Assembly: GCA_963824995.1 (NCBI GenBank)
Contig: CAWGRK010000016.1
Span: 1-64,000, forward strand
DNA from: an uncultured Actinomycetes bacterium
GTDB taxonomy: Bacteria > Actinomycetota > Acidimicrobiia > Spongiisociales > DATADW01
Length of the DNA stretch: 64,000 nucleotides
Reading direction: 5' to 3'
The first letter of the stretch is position 1; every line of letters begins with the position of its first letter. Below the pieces are notes generated by a model. That model did no database searches. It was not told the origin of the DNA and saw only the letters and a program-made list of their open reading frames with translations. Position numbers and translations under genes: made by a program. Below, piece after piece: positions 50,511 through 59,707 of this stretch.

Positions 50511-52177
50511 TGACCCTCCACCCACCTTCGGACCTGATCGCCGAGCACGCCGAGCGTCACCGAGCCTGATGTGAGGACCGTGTCGTGGAAGCCGGAGATG
50601 TCGAAGTCACTCCCCAGCTCACGCTCGGCATCGGCGCGGAGTCTGGTGATCTCCAATTGGCCCATCTTGTAGGCGAGGGCCTGGCCGGGCACGCCGATGT
50701 AGCGGTCCACTTCCACCTCGATGACCGAAGGTGCGACCGCGCTCCAAGAGGTGAAGAAATCAACCGCTCTCTGCCGTGTCCAACCAAGGGCGTGGATCCC
50801 GGTATCGACCACCAGCCGACCAGCACGCCACGAGTCGGCGGAGAGCATTCCCATCCGGTCGAGATCGGTGGAGTAGAGACCCATCTCGTCGGCGAGACGC
50901 TCGGCGTACAGCCCCCAGCCCTCGGCGAAGGGGATCACCAAAGCGTGACGACGGAACATGGGTAGGTCGCGCATCTCGGCGGCCAGGGCAACCTGGAAAT
51001 GGTGACCCGGGACCGCCTCGTGAAAGGCGATCGACTCCGCCTCGAACCTCGCCCGGGTACCGGGCTCGTGCGTATTGACGAAATATATGCCCGAGCGAGA
51101 CCCGTCGGGGGCGGGCGGGTAGTAGTACGCAGGTGGAAGATCGGCGGCCAAAGCATCAGGAACCGGCATGACCGCGCACCCCGCTTCGGGCATCACACCG
51201 AACCATCTCGGTGCATCCTCGATGGCGCGGGCGATCACTTCCTCGGCGGCATCGACGATCTCGGCTGCTGTGGTGAACCGGAGCGAGGGGTCCTCGCGCA
51301 GCCGGCTGAGAATGGCGTCGAGGTCTGTCTCGTCGATGGCGCGCCGCCCGACCTCGGCGTACTCATCGGGTAGGTGCTCGGTTGCTATCTCGGTCCCGAT
51401 CCGGTGTATCTCCTCGGGGGGTGTCGGAAGAGAGGTGAACACCGCTGCCAGGCGCTGGTAGGCGTCGTCGCCACCCTCGAGGTGGGTCACACCGGGGCGC
51501 TCGGCCGACCGGGAGATGGGCAGGATCTCGTCGGCGATCATCTCGCGGTAGCGGACGAACCCGGGTCGGATCTCCTGCTCCACCATCTCGGCAACGCGCG
51601 CCCTCCATGCTTCTGCCCCGTCCCAATCGGCGGGGAGCGTCGCCTGGGTGAACGGGTCTGATTCCACGGGGGACGCCAGGTACTGGTCGATCTGGTGGAG
51701 CACCCTTCGCACATTGACGTCTACCGGGGTCTTCCCCGTGGCCAGTTGGTGTCGGTGACGATCCGCCGCCTGAACAAGCAGCTCCGGAATCCCGCCATAC
51801 CGCCGAATCAGTTTCTCGGCCTGGGAAGGCTCGGCCACGGACATGAGCGCCGCGGCCCGCAGCAGGGTGCTGTGGGGGCCGATCATCGGGTCGCATGGAG
51901 CCACGACCAGGTCGATATCGATCATCTCTGCTTCGGAGTGGAGCTCGTGGAGCAGCATGGACCTCGTGACGTCGTCGCCGTCGTTCTCGGTGTCGAGCCC
52001 GGTCACCTCTTCGTGCATCCGGAGCAGGTCCCGACGATGCTCTTCAGCCGCTGCGACGGTCAGGTCCGGGAGTCGGTCGTCGAACCTGTGGTCGCCGAGC
52101 AGGGTTGCTCTTACCGGGTCCCACTCCATCGACAATTTCCAGAACCTCTGGCAGAGGTCATCGAGGCCCAGATCCAC
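50507..52177 (-). CDS. DUF885 family protein (putative metallopeptidase-like)
   Basis: AYY.PP..DGSR.G, FHEAVPGHHFQ, EGWGLYAE, RLVVDTGIH, EVDRY..PGQALAYK. Confidence 0.92.
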   Translation of the reverse strand: MDLGLDDLCQRFWKLSMEWDPVRATLLGDHRFDDRLPDLTVAAAEEHRRDLLRMHEEVTGLDTENDGDDVTRSMLLHELHSEAEMIDIDLVVAPCDPMIGPHSTLLRAAALMSVAEPSQAEKLIRRYGGIPELLVQAADRHRHQLATGKTPVDVNVRRVLHQIDQYLASPVESDPFTQATLPADWDGAEAWRARVAEMVEQEIRPGFVRYREMIADEILPISRSAERPGVTHLEGGDDAYQRLAAVFTSLPTPPEEIHRIGTEIATEHLPDEYAEVGRRAIDETDLDAILSRLREDPSLRFTTAAEIVDAAEEVIARAIEDAPRWFGVMPEAGCAVMPVPDALAADLPPAYYYPPAPDGSRSGIYFVNTHEPGTRARFEAESIAFHEAVPGHHFQVALAAEMRDLPMFRRHALVIPFAEGWGLYAERLADEMGLYSTDLDRMGMLSADSWRAGRLVVDTGIHALGWTRQRAVDFFTSWSAVAPSVIEVEVDRYIGVPGQALAYKMGQLEITRLRADAERELGSDFDISGFHDTVLTSGSVTLGVLGDQVRRWVEGH

Positions 52178-52561
52178 GAGTGCTCCCGTTGATGAGTGAA
52201 TCGATGTTGCCAGAACGGCGGGAGTGATGGCGCCTCACCCGCCGATTCAGGCACCACGGAGAGTGGTCACAAAGTCACTTGGCAAGGCCGTCCCTTTGGG
52301 GTAACGTCCGATGAACGGGCGGTAACCGGGGGGTTGACCGCCGGGGGGAACTGAAGACAGGGGAGTGGGAAGCGTGGGGACGCACGGCTTTGGCCGTCCC
52401 GTTGCTCGTGGGCGGTCGCCAGCGAAGTGGGTTCACGAGGTGGGTGGTGAGCCGCGTGAGCTGGCCGAGGTGGTCCCCCCGGGCCTCCCCATAGTCGAGG
52501 TAAGGGGACCCACCCAGCCGCTCCGGCCCTCGTCCATCGTCGATCGACCCGGGGCGAAGAG

Positions 52562-53302
52562 ATGATCGCCGCGTCGAACGATGCCCCTCCGATCCTCGGA
52601 GCCCAGACATTCTCACCTCGGCTGGTCTACCGGACGATCAAGCGGGCCACCGATGTTCTGGGAGCACTCATCCTCGGCATTGCACTGATCCCGGTACTGG
52701 TGACCATCGCCATCGCGGTCCGACTCGATAGCCCCGGGCCTGCCATCTACCGACAGGAGAGGATCCGCGGTCGAAGGGTGCGAGTCGGTGCCGGATGGGA
52801 GTGGAGACTCGAGCCCTTCATTTTGCACAAGTTCCGGACGATGAAAGAGGACGCAGATTCGAAACTGCACGAGGAGTACATGGCCGCCTACATCGACGGA
52901 GATGAGGATCGGATGGCCTTCCTCCAGGGTGACGGGTCCGAGCCCGGCTCCTACAAACTCACATGCGATCCACGGGTCACCCGCATCGGTTCGCTGCTCC
53001 GCCGCCTGAGCCTCGACGAGCTTCCCCAGTTGTGGAACGTCCTGAGGGGAGAGATGAGCCTTGTCGGACCCCGTCCACCTTTGCGGTACGAGGTCGACCT
53101 CTACGAGGACCGCCACCTCAGGCGTATGACCGGAACTCCAGGACTGACCGGATGGTGGCAGGTCCGAGGACGGTGCGAGACCGACTTCGAGGAGATGATC
53201 AACCTCGATCTGGAGTACATCGATCGTCAATCAGTCTGGTTCGACCTGAAAGTGCTGGCACTGACGCTGCCGGCGGTCGTCTCCCGGAGAGGAGCTGGAT
53301 AG
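52562..53302 (+). CDS. Priming phosphoglycosyltransferase (Bac_transf sugar transferase)
   Basis: [55 protein letters not shown]. Confidence 0.95.
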   Translation: MIAASNDAPPILGAQTFSPRLVYRTIKRATDVLGALILGIALIPVLVTIAIAVRLDSPGPAIYRQERIRGRRVRVGAGWEWRLEPFILHKFRTMKEDADSKLHEEYMAAYIDGDEDRMAFLQGDGSEPGSYKLTCDPRVTRIGSLLRRLSLDELPQLWNVLRGEMSLVGPRPPLRYEVDLYEDRHLRRMTGTPGLTGWWQVRGRCETDFEEMINLDLEYIDRQSVWFDLKVLALTLPAVVSRRGAG

Positions 53303-54436
53303 GTGGACCGCTTGAAGGTAGGAGCGATCGGTTGCGGGTACTGGGGACCCAACCTGATCAGGAACATCGTCGAGATTCCGTCGGCCTCGCTGGAGGCGGT
53401 GGCCGACCTGGACCAGACCCGGCTGGACCACATCCAATCTCGGTATCCATCGATCCGACTTGCGACCACTGACTACACGAAGCTCTTCGACCTCGACCTA
53501 GACGCCGTCGTCGTGAGCACTCCGCCAGCCACCCACTTTGAATTGGTGCGTGCCTGCCTCGAACAAGGTCTGCACGTTCTCGTGGAGAAGCCGCTCACGA
53601 CAAGCAGCTTGCATGCTCGTTCGTTAGTGAAGTTGGCCGAAGAGCGTGACCTGATTCTGATGGTCGGCCACACATTTGAATACAACCCCGCGGTCCACAT
53701 GTTGCGCGACATGATCGCCGATGGCGAGTTGGGTGAGATTCACTACGTTGACGCCATTCGTGTCGGCCTTGGACTCTTCCAGGACAAGTTGAATGTGTTG
53801 TGGGATCTGGCACCCCACGACATCTCGATCCTCTTGCACATTCTCGGTGAGGCGCCGATCACGGTAAGTACGACCGCTGCTGCATGTGTTCAAGAGTCTG
53901 TCGAAGATGTGGCATACATGACTCTCTCCTACCGCAGCGGCATCATCGCCCATACCCGGATGAGTTGGCTCGATCCATGCAAGACGCGTCGCATAACCGT
54001 CGTTGGCAGCAAGAAGATGGTCGTGTACGACGACGTTGAGAGTTTCGAGAAGATCAAGGTCTACGAAAAGAGCGTTGACGCGATCCGCCACACCGATACG
54101 TTCGGGGAGTTCCACTTCGACTACCACCACGGCAATGTCGTGAGTCCGTTTATCCGCTTTGAAGAACCCCTTCGGCTCGAGTGCACCCATTTCTTAGAGT
54201 GCATCCAAGACGGTGCGCTGCCGTTGACCGACGGGCGGAACGGCCTGCGTGTTGTCGAGATCATCGAAGCTGCGCAGCGATCGCTCATCAGCGGAGGTGT
54301 GCCGCTCCCCATAATTTCGGCGGTGCCTTCTACGAGCAATGGGCACCAAGTGGTCAATGGCCGCCACCGGGGCTTGCGCCCGGTCGCCAGTCAACCGGAA
54401 CTGGTCGCTCAAATGGTCGCAGGGGGCTTGGATTGA
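53303..54436 (+). CDS. Gfo/Idh/MocA oxidoreductase (NDP-sugar 3-dehydrogenase-like, WbpB/GnnA type)
   Basis: IGCGYWGPNL, VLVEKP, VGHTFEYNP, WDLAPHD, SWLDP.K.R. Confidence 0.9.
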   Translation: MDRLKVGAIGCGYWGPNLIRNIVEIPSASLEAVADLDQTRLDHIQSRYPSIRLATTDYTKLFDLDLDAVVVSTPPATHFELVRACLEQGLHVLVEKPLTTSSLHARSLVKLAEERDLILMVGHTFEYNPAVHMLRDMIADGELGEIHYVDAIRVGLGLFQDKLNVLWDLAPHDISILLHILGEAPITVSTTAAACVQESVEDVAYMTLSYRSGIIAHTRMSWLDPCKTRRITVVGSKKMVVYDDVESFEKIKVYEKSVDAIRHTDTFGEFHFDYHHGNVVSPFIRFEEPLRLECTHFLECIQDGALPLTDGRNGLRVVEIIEAAQRSLISGGVPLPIISAVPSTSNGHQVVNGRHRGLRPVASQPELVAQMVAGGLD

Positions 54437-55665
54437 CTCGAGCACGTGTTGAGAACAACCCGGTCTTCCGTCATGTGGCCGGAGAGCCAAACGGCACGGG
54501 ACCATTACCGGAGAAGATGCAGCGAGCCCGCCAACGCGCAGCGAAGAACCCGCGTTGGTCGATCGCGGTCCCCTTTGTCGATCTACATGCCGACTACCTA
54601 CCCATCAAGGAGCAGGTGGATCGAGCCTTTCGAGAGGTGCTCGAGCGCGCCGACTTCATCATGGGCCGCGAGGTAGCAGAGTTCGAATCGTCTTTCGCCG
54701 CGTACTGCGGAGTCGACCACGGCGTCGGGGTCGATTCTGGTTTCTCGGCGATCGAGCTGATTCTCCGGGCCTACGAAATCGGACCCGGGGACGAGGTAAT
54801 CACTGCGGCTAACACCTTCATCGCCACCGTCACCGCCATCGACATCACCGGCGCTCGTCCCGTGCTTGTCGACATCGACCCCGACTCCTACAACCTGGAC
54901 CCGGAACGCGTGGCTGAGGCGATCACGCCGGCGACCCGGGCCATCATTGCAGTTCACCTGTACGGCCATCCCGCCGACATGGACGGATTGCGGGCCGTCG
55001 CCGACGAATTCGACCTGCTGCTCGTCGAGGATGCCTGCCAAGCCCACGGCGCCCGCTACCGGGGACGTAGGACCGGCGGGTTGGGTGATGCGGCGGCCTT
55101 CAGCTTTTACCCGTCCAAGAACCTCGGGGCGTTTGGCGACGGCGGTTTGGTGGCCACCAACGATGTCCGCCTGGCCGATCGGGTGCGAATGTTGCGCAAC
55201 CTTGGCGCGTCCGAGAAGTACCACCACGATATAAAGGGCTTCAACCGGAGGCTCGACACCCTCCATGCGGCTGTCTTGCAGGCCAAGCTCCCTCACTTGG
55301 ACGACCGCAATGAGTCACGATCGAACGCTGCGGCCATCTATCAGGATCAACTCGACGGGCTTCCCATAACCACTCCGATCGAAGCGGCGCACGTGGAGCA
55401 CGTCTATCACCTGTACGTCGTGCAAGTGATAGACCGTAGCGCCCTGCAGAAATACCTGATTGACCTAGGGATAGCAACCGGCATCCACTATCCGATTCCG
55501 GTTCACCTTCAGACGGCTTACCGCTTTCTCGGATACGAGCCGGGGAGTTTCCCGATAACGGAGTCTGCGGCCTCTCGCATCTTGTCGCTACCCATGTACC
55601 CAGGTGTGACAGCCGACGCTCTGGCGCACACAACGGAGTCGATTCGCTCCTTTTACACAGAATAG
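54433..55665 (+). CDS. DegT/DnrJ/EryC1/StrS PLP aminotransferase (NDP-3-keto-sugar aminotransferase-like); start uncertain (54433 TTG or 54517 ATG)
   Basis: VPFVDL, VHLYGHPADM, EDACQAHGA, FSFYPSKNLGAFGDGG, HVYHLYV, IHYP.P.H, SLPMYP. Confidence 0.93.
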   Translation: MTRARVENNPVFRHVAGEPNGTGPLPEKMQRARQRAAKNPRWSIAVPFVDLHADYLPIKEQVDRAFREVLERADFIMGREVAEFESSFAAYCGVDHGVGVDSGFSAIELILRAYEIGPGDEVITAANTFIATVTAIDITGARPVLVDIDPDSYNLDPERVAEAITPATRAIIAVHLYGHPADMDGLRAVADEFDLLLVEDACQAHGARYRGRRTGGLGDAAAFSFYPSKNLGAFGDGGLVATNDVRLADRVRMLRNLGASEKYHHDIKGFNRRLDTLHAAVLQAKLPHLDDRNESRSNAAAIYQDQLDGLPITTPIEAAHVEHVYHLYVVQVIDRSALQKYLIDLGIATGIHYPIPVHLQTAYRFLGYEPGSFPITESAASRILSLPMYPGVTADALAHTTESIRSFYTE

Positions 55666-55674
55666 AGACTGGAA

Positions 55675-57705
55675 GTGGAACTGAAACAGTATTTCAAAGC
55701 AGTGAAGCGTTGGTGGTACGTGGCACTGGTGGCCATGGCGGTGACGTCATTCGCCACGGTCGTATTCGTCACCGAACAGCCGGACGTGTACGAGTCGACA
55801 GGTACCTATGTTGTCCGGCCTCGGGCGGTGAGTCCCGATGAGGCCATTGACGCAGTGGACACGCTCAACCGAGGCACCGAGATCATCAGCTCGACCTTCG
55901 CCCGCATCGCGCAGAGCGACGTCATAAGGGATCTTGCCGAGGAGAACGTCCGCCCAGTTTTCCGTGGGGAGGGACTGGAGGTTGCCGGGACGGTCGTCAC
56001 CGGTACCAACATCATCGAGATCACTGTTCAGGGACCCAATCCTGAAACGGTCTACCAGTTGGCCGTGGCCATCGGCGACGAGGTGGTGCGGTACGTAAGT
56101 GAACTCGACGACGCATTTGTTCTAGCTCCCCTGGACGCGCCGGCCATGCCCGAAGAGCCCGTTGGACCGAACCGGCCGCTGACCGTGGCAACCGGGGTTG
56201 CGCTTGGTGCGATCCTCGGCATCGTGCTGGCCATTGTCGCCCAGTACCTGAGCGAGTCTCGCGTGAAACCTGATCGGGAAGATGCCGAACCGGAACACGA
56301 GATAGCGCTCAGCACGCCTTCCCCAACTCCCGTACTGCCCCGGACTCCCGTACTGCCCCAGATGGGCGACGAAAGAGCGTTCCGCTACCGGCTCTCTGAG
56401 GAGATGGCCCGCGCCGACGGTGCCCCATTCAGTCTCGGCATCCTGCGCCTCGGGGAGTCAGATGGGGCCGGGCGAGAGTTGGGCTCCGGACAAGTCGTCA
56501 AACGGTTGGCTCGGGAGAACGCCAGCGTGCTCCGGCAGGTCGACGTGGTGGCAGATCTGGGTGATGGGTCCTATGTAGTGCTCTTCCCCGGCACACCTGT
56601 CGAGCAGGCCGCCGACCTGATGAATGCGTGGGAGGTCGCAATCCGGTCGTCCTCACGCGCAGTCGGAGCTCACTCCTCGACGGCGGTGGGCGTGTATGGC
56701 TACGGCTTCGATGACCCAGCAGCGGGGCAACGCCCACCGGCGCTGTCACCACTGGTGTGGAGGTTGGAGAGTCTCGTCGATGCGTGGAGTGGCAGCCCAC
56801 CCCGACACGAAGCGGGTAACGGCCACGCCAATACGCTGCCCCCCCGTCCCCCGACGGCGAGCGTTTCGCAACGGAAGGCAGGCGGCGCCTATCGAAACAT
56901 GACCTCTGTTGCTGGAACCGAGCCGCCAGTGAGACCCGTCGCCGAGCCACCGCGTCGCCGGTCCGTTCTCGGGGGATCCGAGATCGAAGAGATCCTCCAT
57001 CGGACGACGGTTGCCGTCATGACTCTGGGCGAGCGCGGCACCATGGCACATCCGGAACCAGCCGCTTCGCCATTCGTGCCGTTGGTCCGGGTCGACAGTT
57101 ACCGCTCGCTCGGCGAGATGGTGCTCGTCCGGATGGCGGCCGATCTCGACAGACCGGCAGAGGCAGCGCAGTTGGCCGCCGAGATCATGGCGGCATTGGG
57201 AGCGGAAGACGATGACGCTGCAGCAGCGATCGACACGTGGGCGCGCAACCGGTTCTTCGCGAGGCACGTCGCCGAGACCGATCGCAATCCCGAGATATGG
57301 CACCTGCGCAGCAAAGAGGGGTTGCTTCACGCTTTCGTATACGGCCCGCTCTGCACCCGCAGCGCCATACTCCAGTTCCGCTCCGGTTTGATCCAAGCCG
57401 TCGTCGACGGGCTCAAGCTCCAGATGCGGGATGCGATCGACGGCGACAGGCTGGATGACGTAGCAGTCATCGACGAACGCCTCCGCGAAATGCGCACCTT
57501 CGACATCACTGTCGGTTGGCTGTATGAGGGGACCATGCCAGAAGCGCGCCTTCGTTATCCATGGCGGGATGACCGAGGACAGCCTCAGGGATGGGCTCCG
57601 GACTTCGCTGAGGGCATCCGGCCCAACCTGACCCCGTTGCAGCGGCTCGGTCTGCTGGCTGCGCCCGTCCTGCGTTGGGAGGAGCTCGAGGCGCTTTCGG
57701 GCTGA
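55675..57705 (+). CDS. Polysaccharide chain-length regulator (Wzz/CapA-like) fused to a degenerate GGDEF domain and a PglX/BrxX C-terminal-like domain
   Basis: MELKQYF..KRWW plus two TM helices and 'LDAPAMPEEPVGP' (PCP); AFRYRLSEEMAR..RQVDVVADLGDGSYVVLFP (GGDEF fold); FFARHV..NPEIWHL and QPQGWAPDFAEGIRPNLTPL. Confidence 0.8.
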   Translation: MELKQYFKAVKRWWYVALVAMAVTSFATVVFVTEQPDVYESTGTYVVRPRAVSPDEAIDAVDTLNRGTEIISSTFARIAQSDVIRDLAEENVRPVFRGEGLEVAGTVVTGTNIIEITVQGPNPETVYQLAVAIGDEVVRYVSELDDAFVLAPLDAPAMPEEPVGPNRPLTVATGVALGAILGIVLAIVAQYLSESRVKPDREDAEPEHEIALSTPSPTPVLPRTPVLPQMGDERAFRYRLSEEMARADGAPFSLGILRLGESDGAGRELGSGQVVKRLARENASVLRQVDVVADLGDGSYVVLFPGTPVEQAADLMNAWEVAIRSSSRAVGAHSSTAVGVYGYGFDDPAAGQRPPALSPLVWRLESLVDAWSGSPPRHEAGNGHANTLPPRPPTASVSQRKAGGAYRNMTSVAGTEPPVRPVAEPPRRRSVLGGSEIEEILHRTTVAVMTLGERGTMAHPEPAASPFVPLVRVDSYRSLGEMVLVRMAADLDRPAEAAQLAAEIMAALGAEDDDAAAAIDTWARNRFFARHVAETDRNPEIWHLRSKEGLLHAFVYGPLCTRSAILQFRSGLIQAVVDGLKLQMRDAIDGDRLDDVAVIDERLREMRTFDITVGWLYEGTMPEARLRYPWRDDRGQPQGWAPDFAEGIRPNLTPLQRLGLLAAPVLRWEELEALSG

Positions 57706-57734
57706 CGGCACCTTCCCGTCGAGGGGGAACCTTC

Positions 57735-58820
57735 TTGGAACAGAAAACGACAATTGCACCTGGTGATCGTCATGCCGCCGCGGAGCGACGGGGCTTGGCG
57801 ACATCTGGCGCGCCCGCGAGGCCTGGTCCGATCCACATAGGCGGCCTCGATCGTTCCGGCAAGACAACTATGCGCGGGTTCCTCGCGTCACATCCCAATA
57901 TCGCGATCCCCGAGGTCGGCTCGAACATGTGGACGTACTTCTATGGACAGTACGGAGACCTGCGACGGCCCGAGAACCTCGAGAGCTGCCTCCAGGCGAT
58001 GCTTCGCTACAAGCACGTGCGGTTCCTCGATCCTGACCCCGATCGGATCCGGCGTGAGTTCAGAGAGGGCAACCAGACCTACGCAAGCCTCTTCGACTTG
58101 TTCCTGATGCATTACGCCGAACGCCGGGGCAAGCCGAGGTGGGGCGCCCAGACCGGGCTCATCGAAAGCTACGCGGATCATCTCTTTTCCTCGTATCCGG
58201 GGGTGAAGGTCATCCATATGGTGCGCGACCCCAGGGACCGCTACCAGGCGTCGTTGGAGAAGTGGCCAGACGGAAGAGGCAGGGCCGGTGGAGCCGTCGC
58301 CAGGTGGCGGTATTCGCTCGCTCTCGCCGAGCGCAACAGCAGGCGGTATCCCGATGACTACTTGGTGGTGAGATTCGAGAGCATGGTCGAGGATCCCGAG
58401 GCGGTGGTGCGCTCAGTGTGCGCCTTCATTGGCGAGGACTTCCAGCCCGCGATGATGGACATGGGCGATGCCCCGAAGCATCGCGCTCTCCTCGCAGAGG
58501 GATCGGATCCCGAGGCGCCCGACCGGCTGCTGTCGGACCGTCACGTCGGTCGCTATCGCTCGAGCGTGTCGCCCGCCGAGCTCGCCTTCATCCAACTCCA
58601 TGCGGGGCGCCTGATGAAGACGTACGGCTATGCCCCTGAGGAGTTGAAGCTGCCTGCTGGTGATTGGGCACGCTTCGCGGTCGTTGACTGGCCCAGTCAG
58701 ATGGCCCGGATGTTCACCTGGCGCGCCGTCGAGGAGGTCAACCAGAGATTTCCCGCCTTCTTCGGCAGAACCCCGGGGAAGCGCATGATCATCGACGAGC
58801 CGGTTGGGGTGGCGTTGTGA
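57735..58820 (+). CDS. Sulfotransferase family protein
   Basis: IGGLDRSGKTT..LASHP, KPRWG, IHMVRDPRDRYQAS, VRFESMVEDPE; GAGGGGG RBS before TTG 57735. Confidence 0.85.
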   Translation: MEQKTTIAPGDRHAAAERRGLATSGAPARPGPIHIGGLDRSGKTTMRGFLASHPNIAIPEVGSNMWTYFYGQYGDLRRPENLESCLQAMLRYKHVRFLDPDPDRIRREFREGNQTYASLFDLFLMHYAERRGKPRWGAQTGLIESYADHLFSSYPGVKVIHMVRDPRDRYQASLEKWPDGRGRAGGAVARWRYSLALAERNSRRYPDDYLVVRFESMVEDPEAVVRSVCAFIGEDFQPAMMDMGDAPKHRALLAEGSDPEAPDRLLSDRHVGRYRSSVSPAELAFIQLHAGRLMKTYGYAPEELKLPAGDWARFAVVDWPSQMARMFTWRAVEEVNQRFPAFFGRTPGKRMIIDEPVGVAL

Positions 58821-59707
58821 ACGGCCGCCGAGGGATCTCCGATGAGACTGCGATGAGCCCGATCTTCATCGGAGGTCTTTCCCACAGTGGGAAGACTCCG
58901 CTCGGAACGGCTCTGTCGTCTCATCCCCGGATCGTCGTCACCCGCAAGACCTACTTGTGGACTCGCTACTTCAACCGCTTCGGCGACTTGGGGGTGCCCG
59001 CAAACCTCGATCGTTGTCTCGCCGCTCTCATGGTCGACTCGAATGTGACCGCGCTTCGGCCGGATTGGGAGGATGTGCGGGAAGCGCTCGGGAAGGAACC
59101 CCGGACGTATGGCGGGCTGTTCGGTCTCCTCCACCAGCAACACGCCGAGCGGTTGGGTAAGTCCCGGTGGGGTGATCAGCTCGGCTTGGTCGAGCAATTC
59201 GCCCCGGCCATCTTCGACTCCTTTCCGAGGGCCCGCTTCGTCCACATGGTGCGGGACCCGCGTGACCGAGGAACGGGCGACCGACGGGGAAAGCTCGGCT
59301 GGGAGACGGCGCGCTGGGTGCACTCAGCCGACCTCGCCGCCGAGCAACGCCGTCGCTATCCGGACCGCTATCTGGTCCTTTGCTATGAAGATCTGGTAGG
59401 GGCGCCGGCATCGACATTGGGCCTCGTGATGGATTTCCTCGACGAGGAGGTGCGCCCGGGGATGATGGACGCTCTGCAGCACTCTCTCGGCTCTGGCGCC
59501 GATCGGGCGAAGGTTGTTGCAGCTCGCACGGCAAATGACTCCGCTGCCGGTTTTCTGGAATACCAGGCCCGCGCCCAGTTCAAGGCGCTGGGATACCAGA
59601 CGGCTGCCACGACTGACCGGATTCCATTGCGGCCGGTCGAGCGGGCGGGGATGGCGGCGTGGCGCCTCATCCATCGGGGTTCCCTCACGAGGCGGGCCCA
59701 GCTGTGA
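58817..59707 (+). CDS. Sulfotransferase family protein (divergent)
   Basis: IFIGGLSHSGKT..LSSHP, RWGD, FVHMVRDPRDR, YEDLV..P. Confidence 0.82.
   Translation: MNGRRGISDETAMSPIFIGGLSHSGKTPLGTALSSHPRIVVTRKTYLWTRYFNRFGDLGVPANLDRCLAALMVDSNVTALRPDWEDVREALGKEPRTYGGLFGLLHQQHAERLGKSRWGDQLGLVEQFAPAIFDSFPRARFVHMVRDPRDRGTGDRRGKLGWETARWVHSADLAAEQRRRYPDRYLVLCYEDLVGAPASTLGLVMDFLDEEVRPGMMDALQHSLGSGADRAKVVAARTANDSAAGFLEYQARAQFKALGYQTAATTDRIPLRPVERAGMAAWRLIHRGSLTRRAQL

Noticed and set aside
55675..57705. Functional BREX defence system or active diguanylate cyclase
   Set aside because: No methyltransferase motifs and no brxC/pglZ genes; the GGDEF active site is degenerate (GDGSY)
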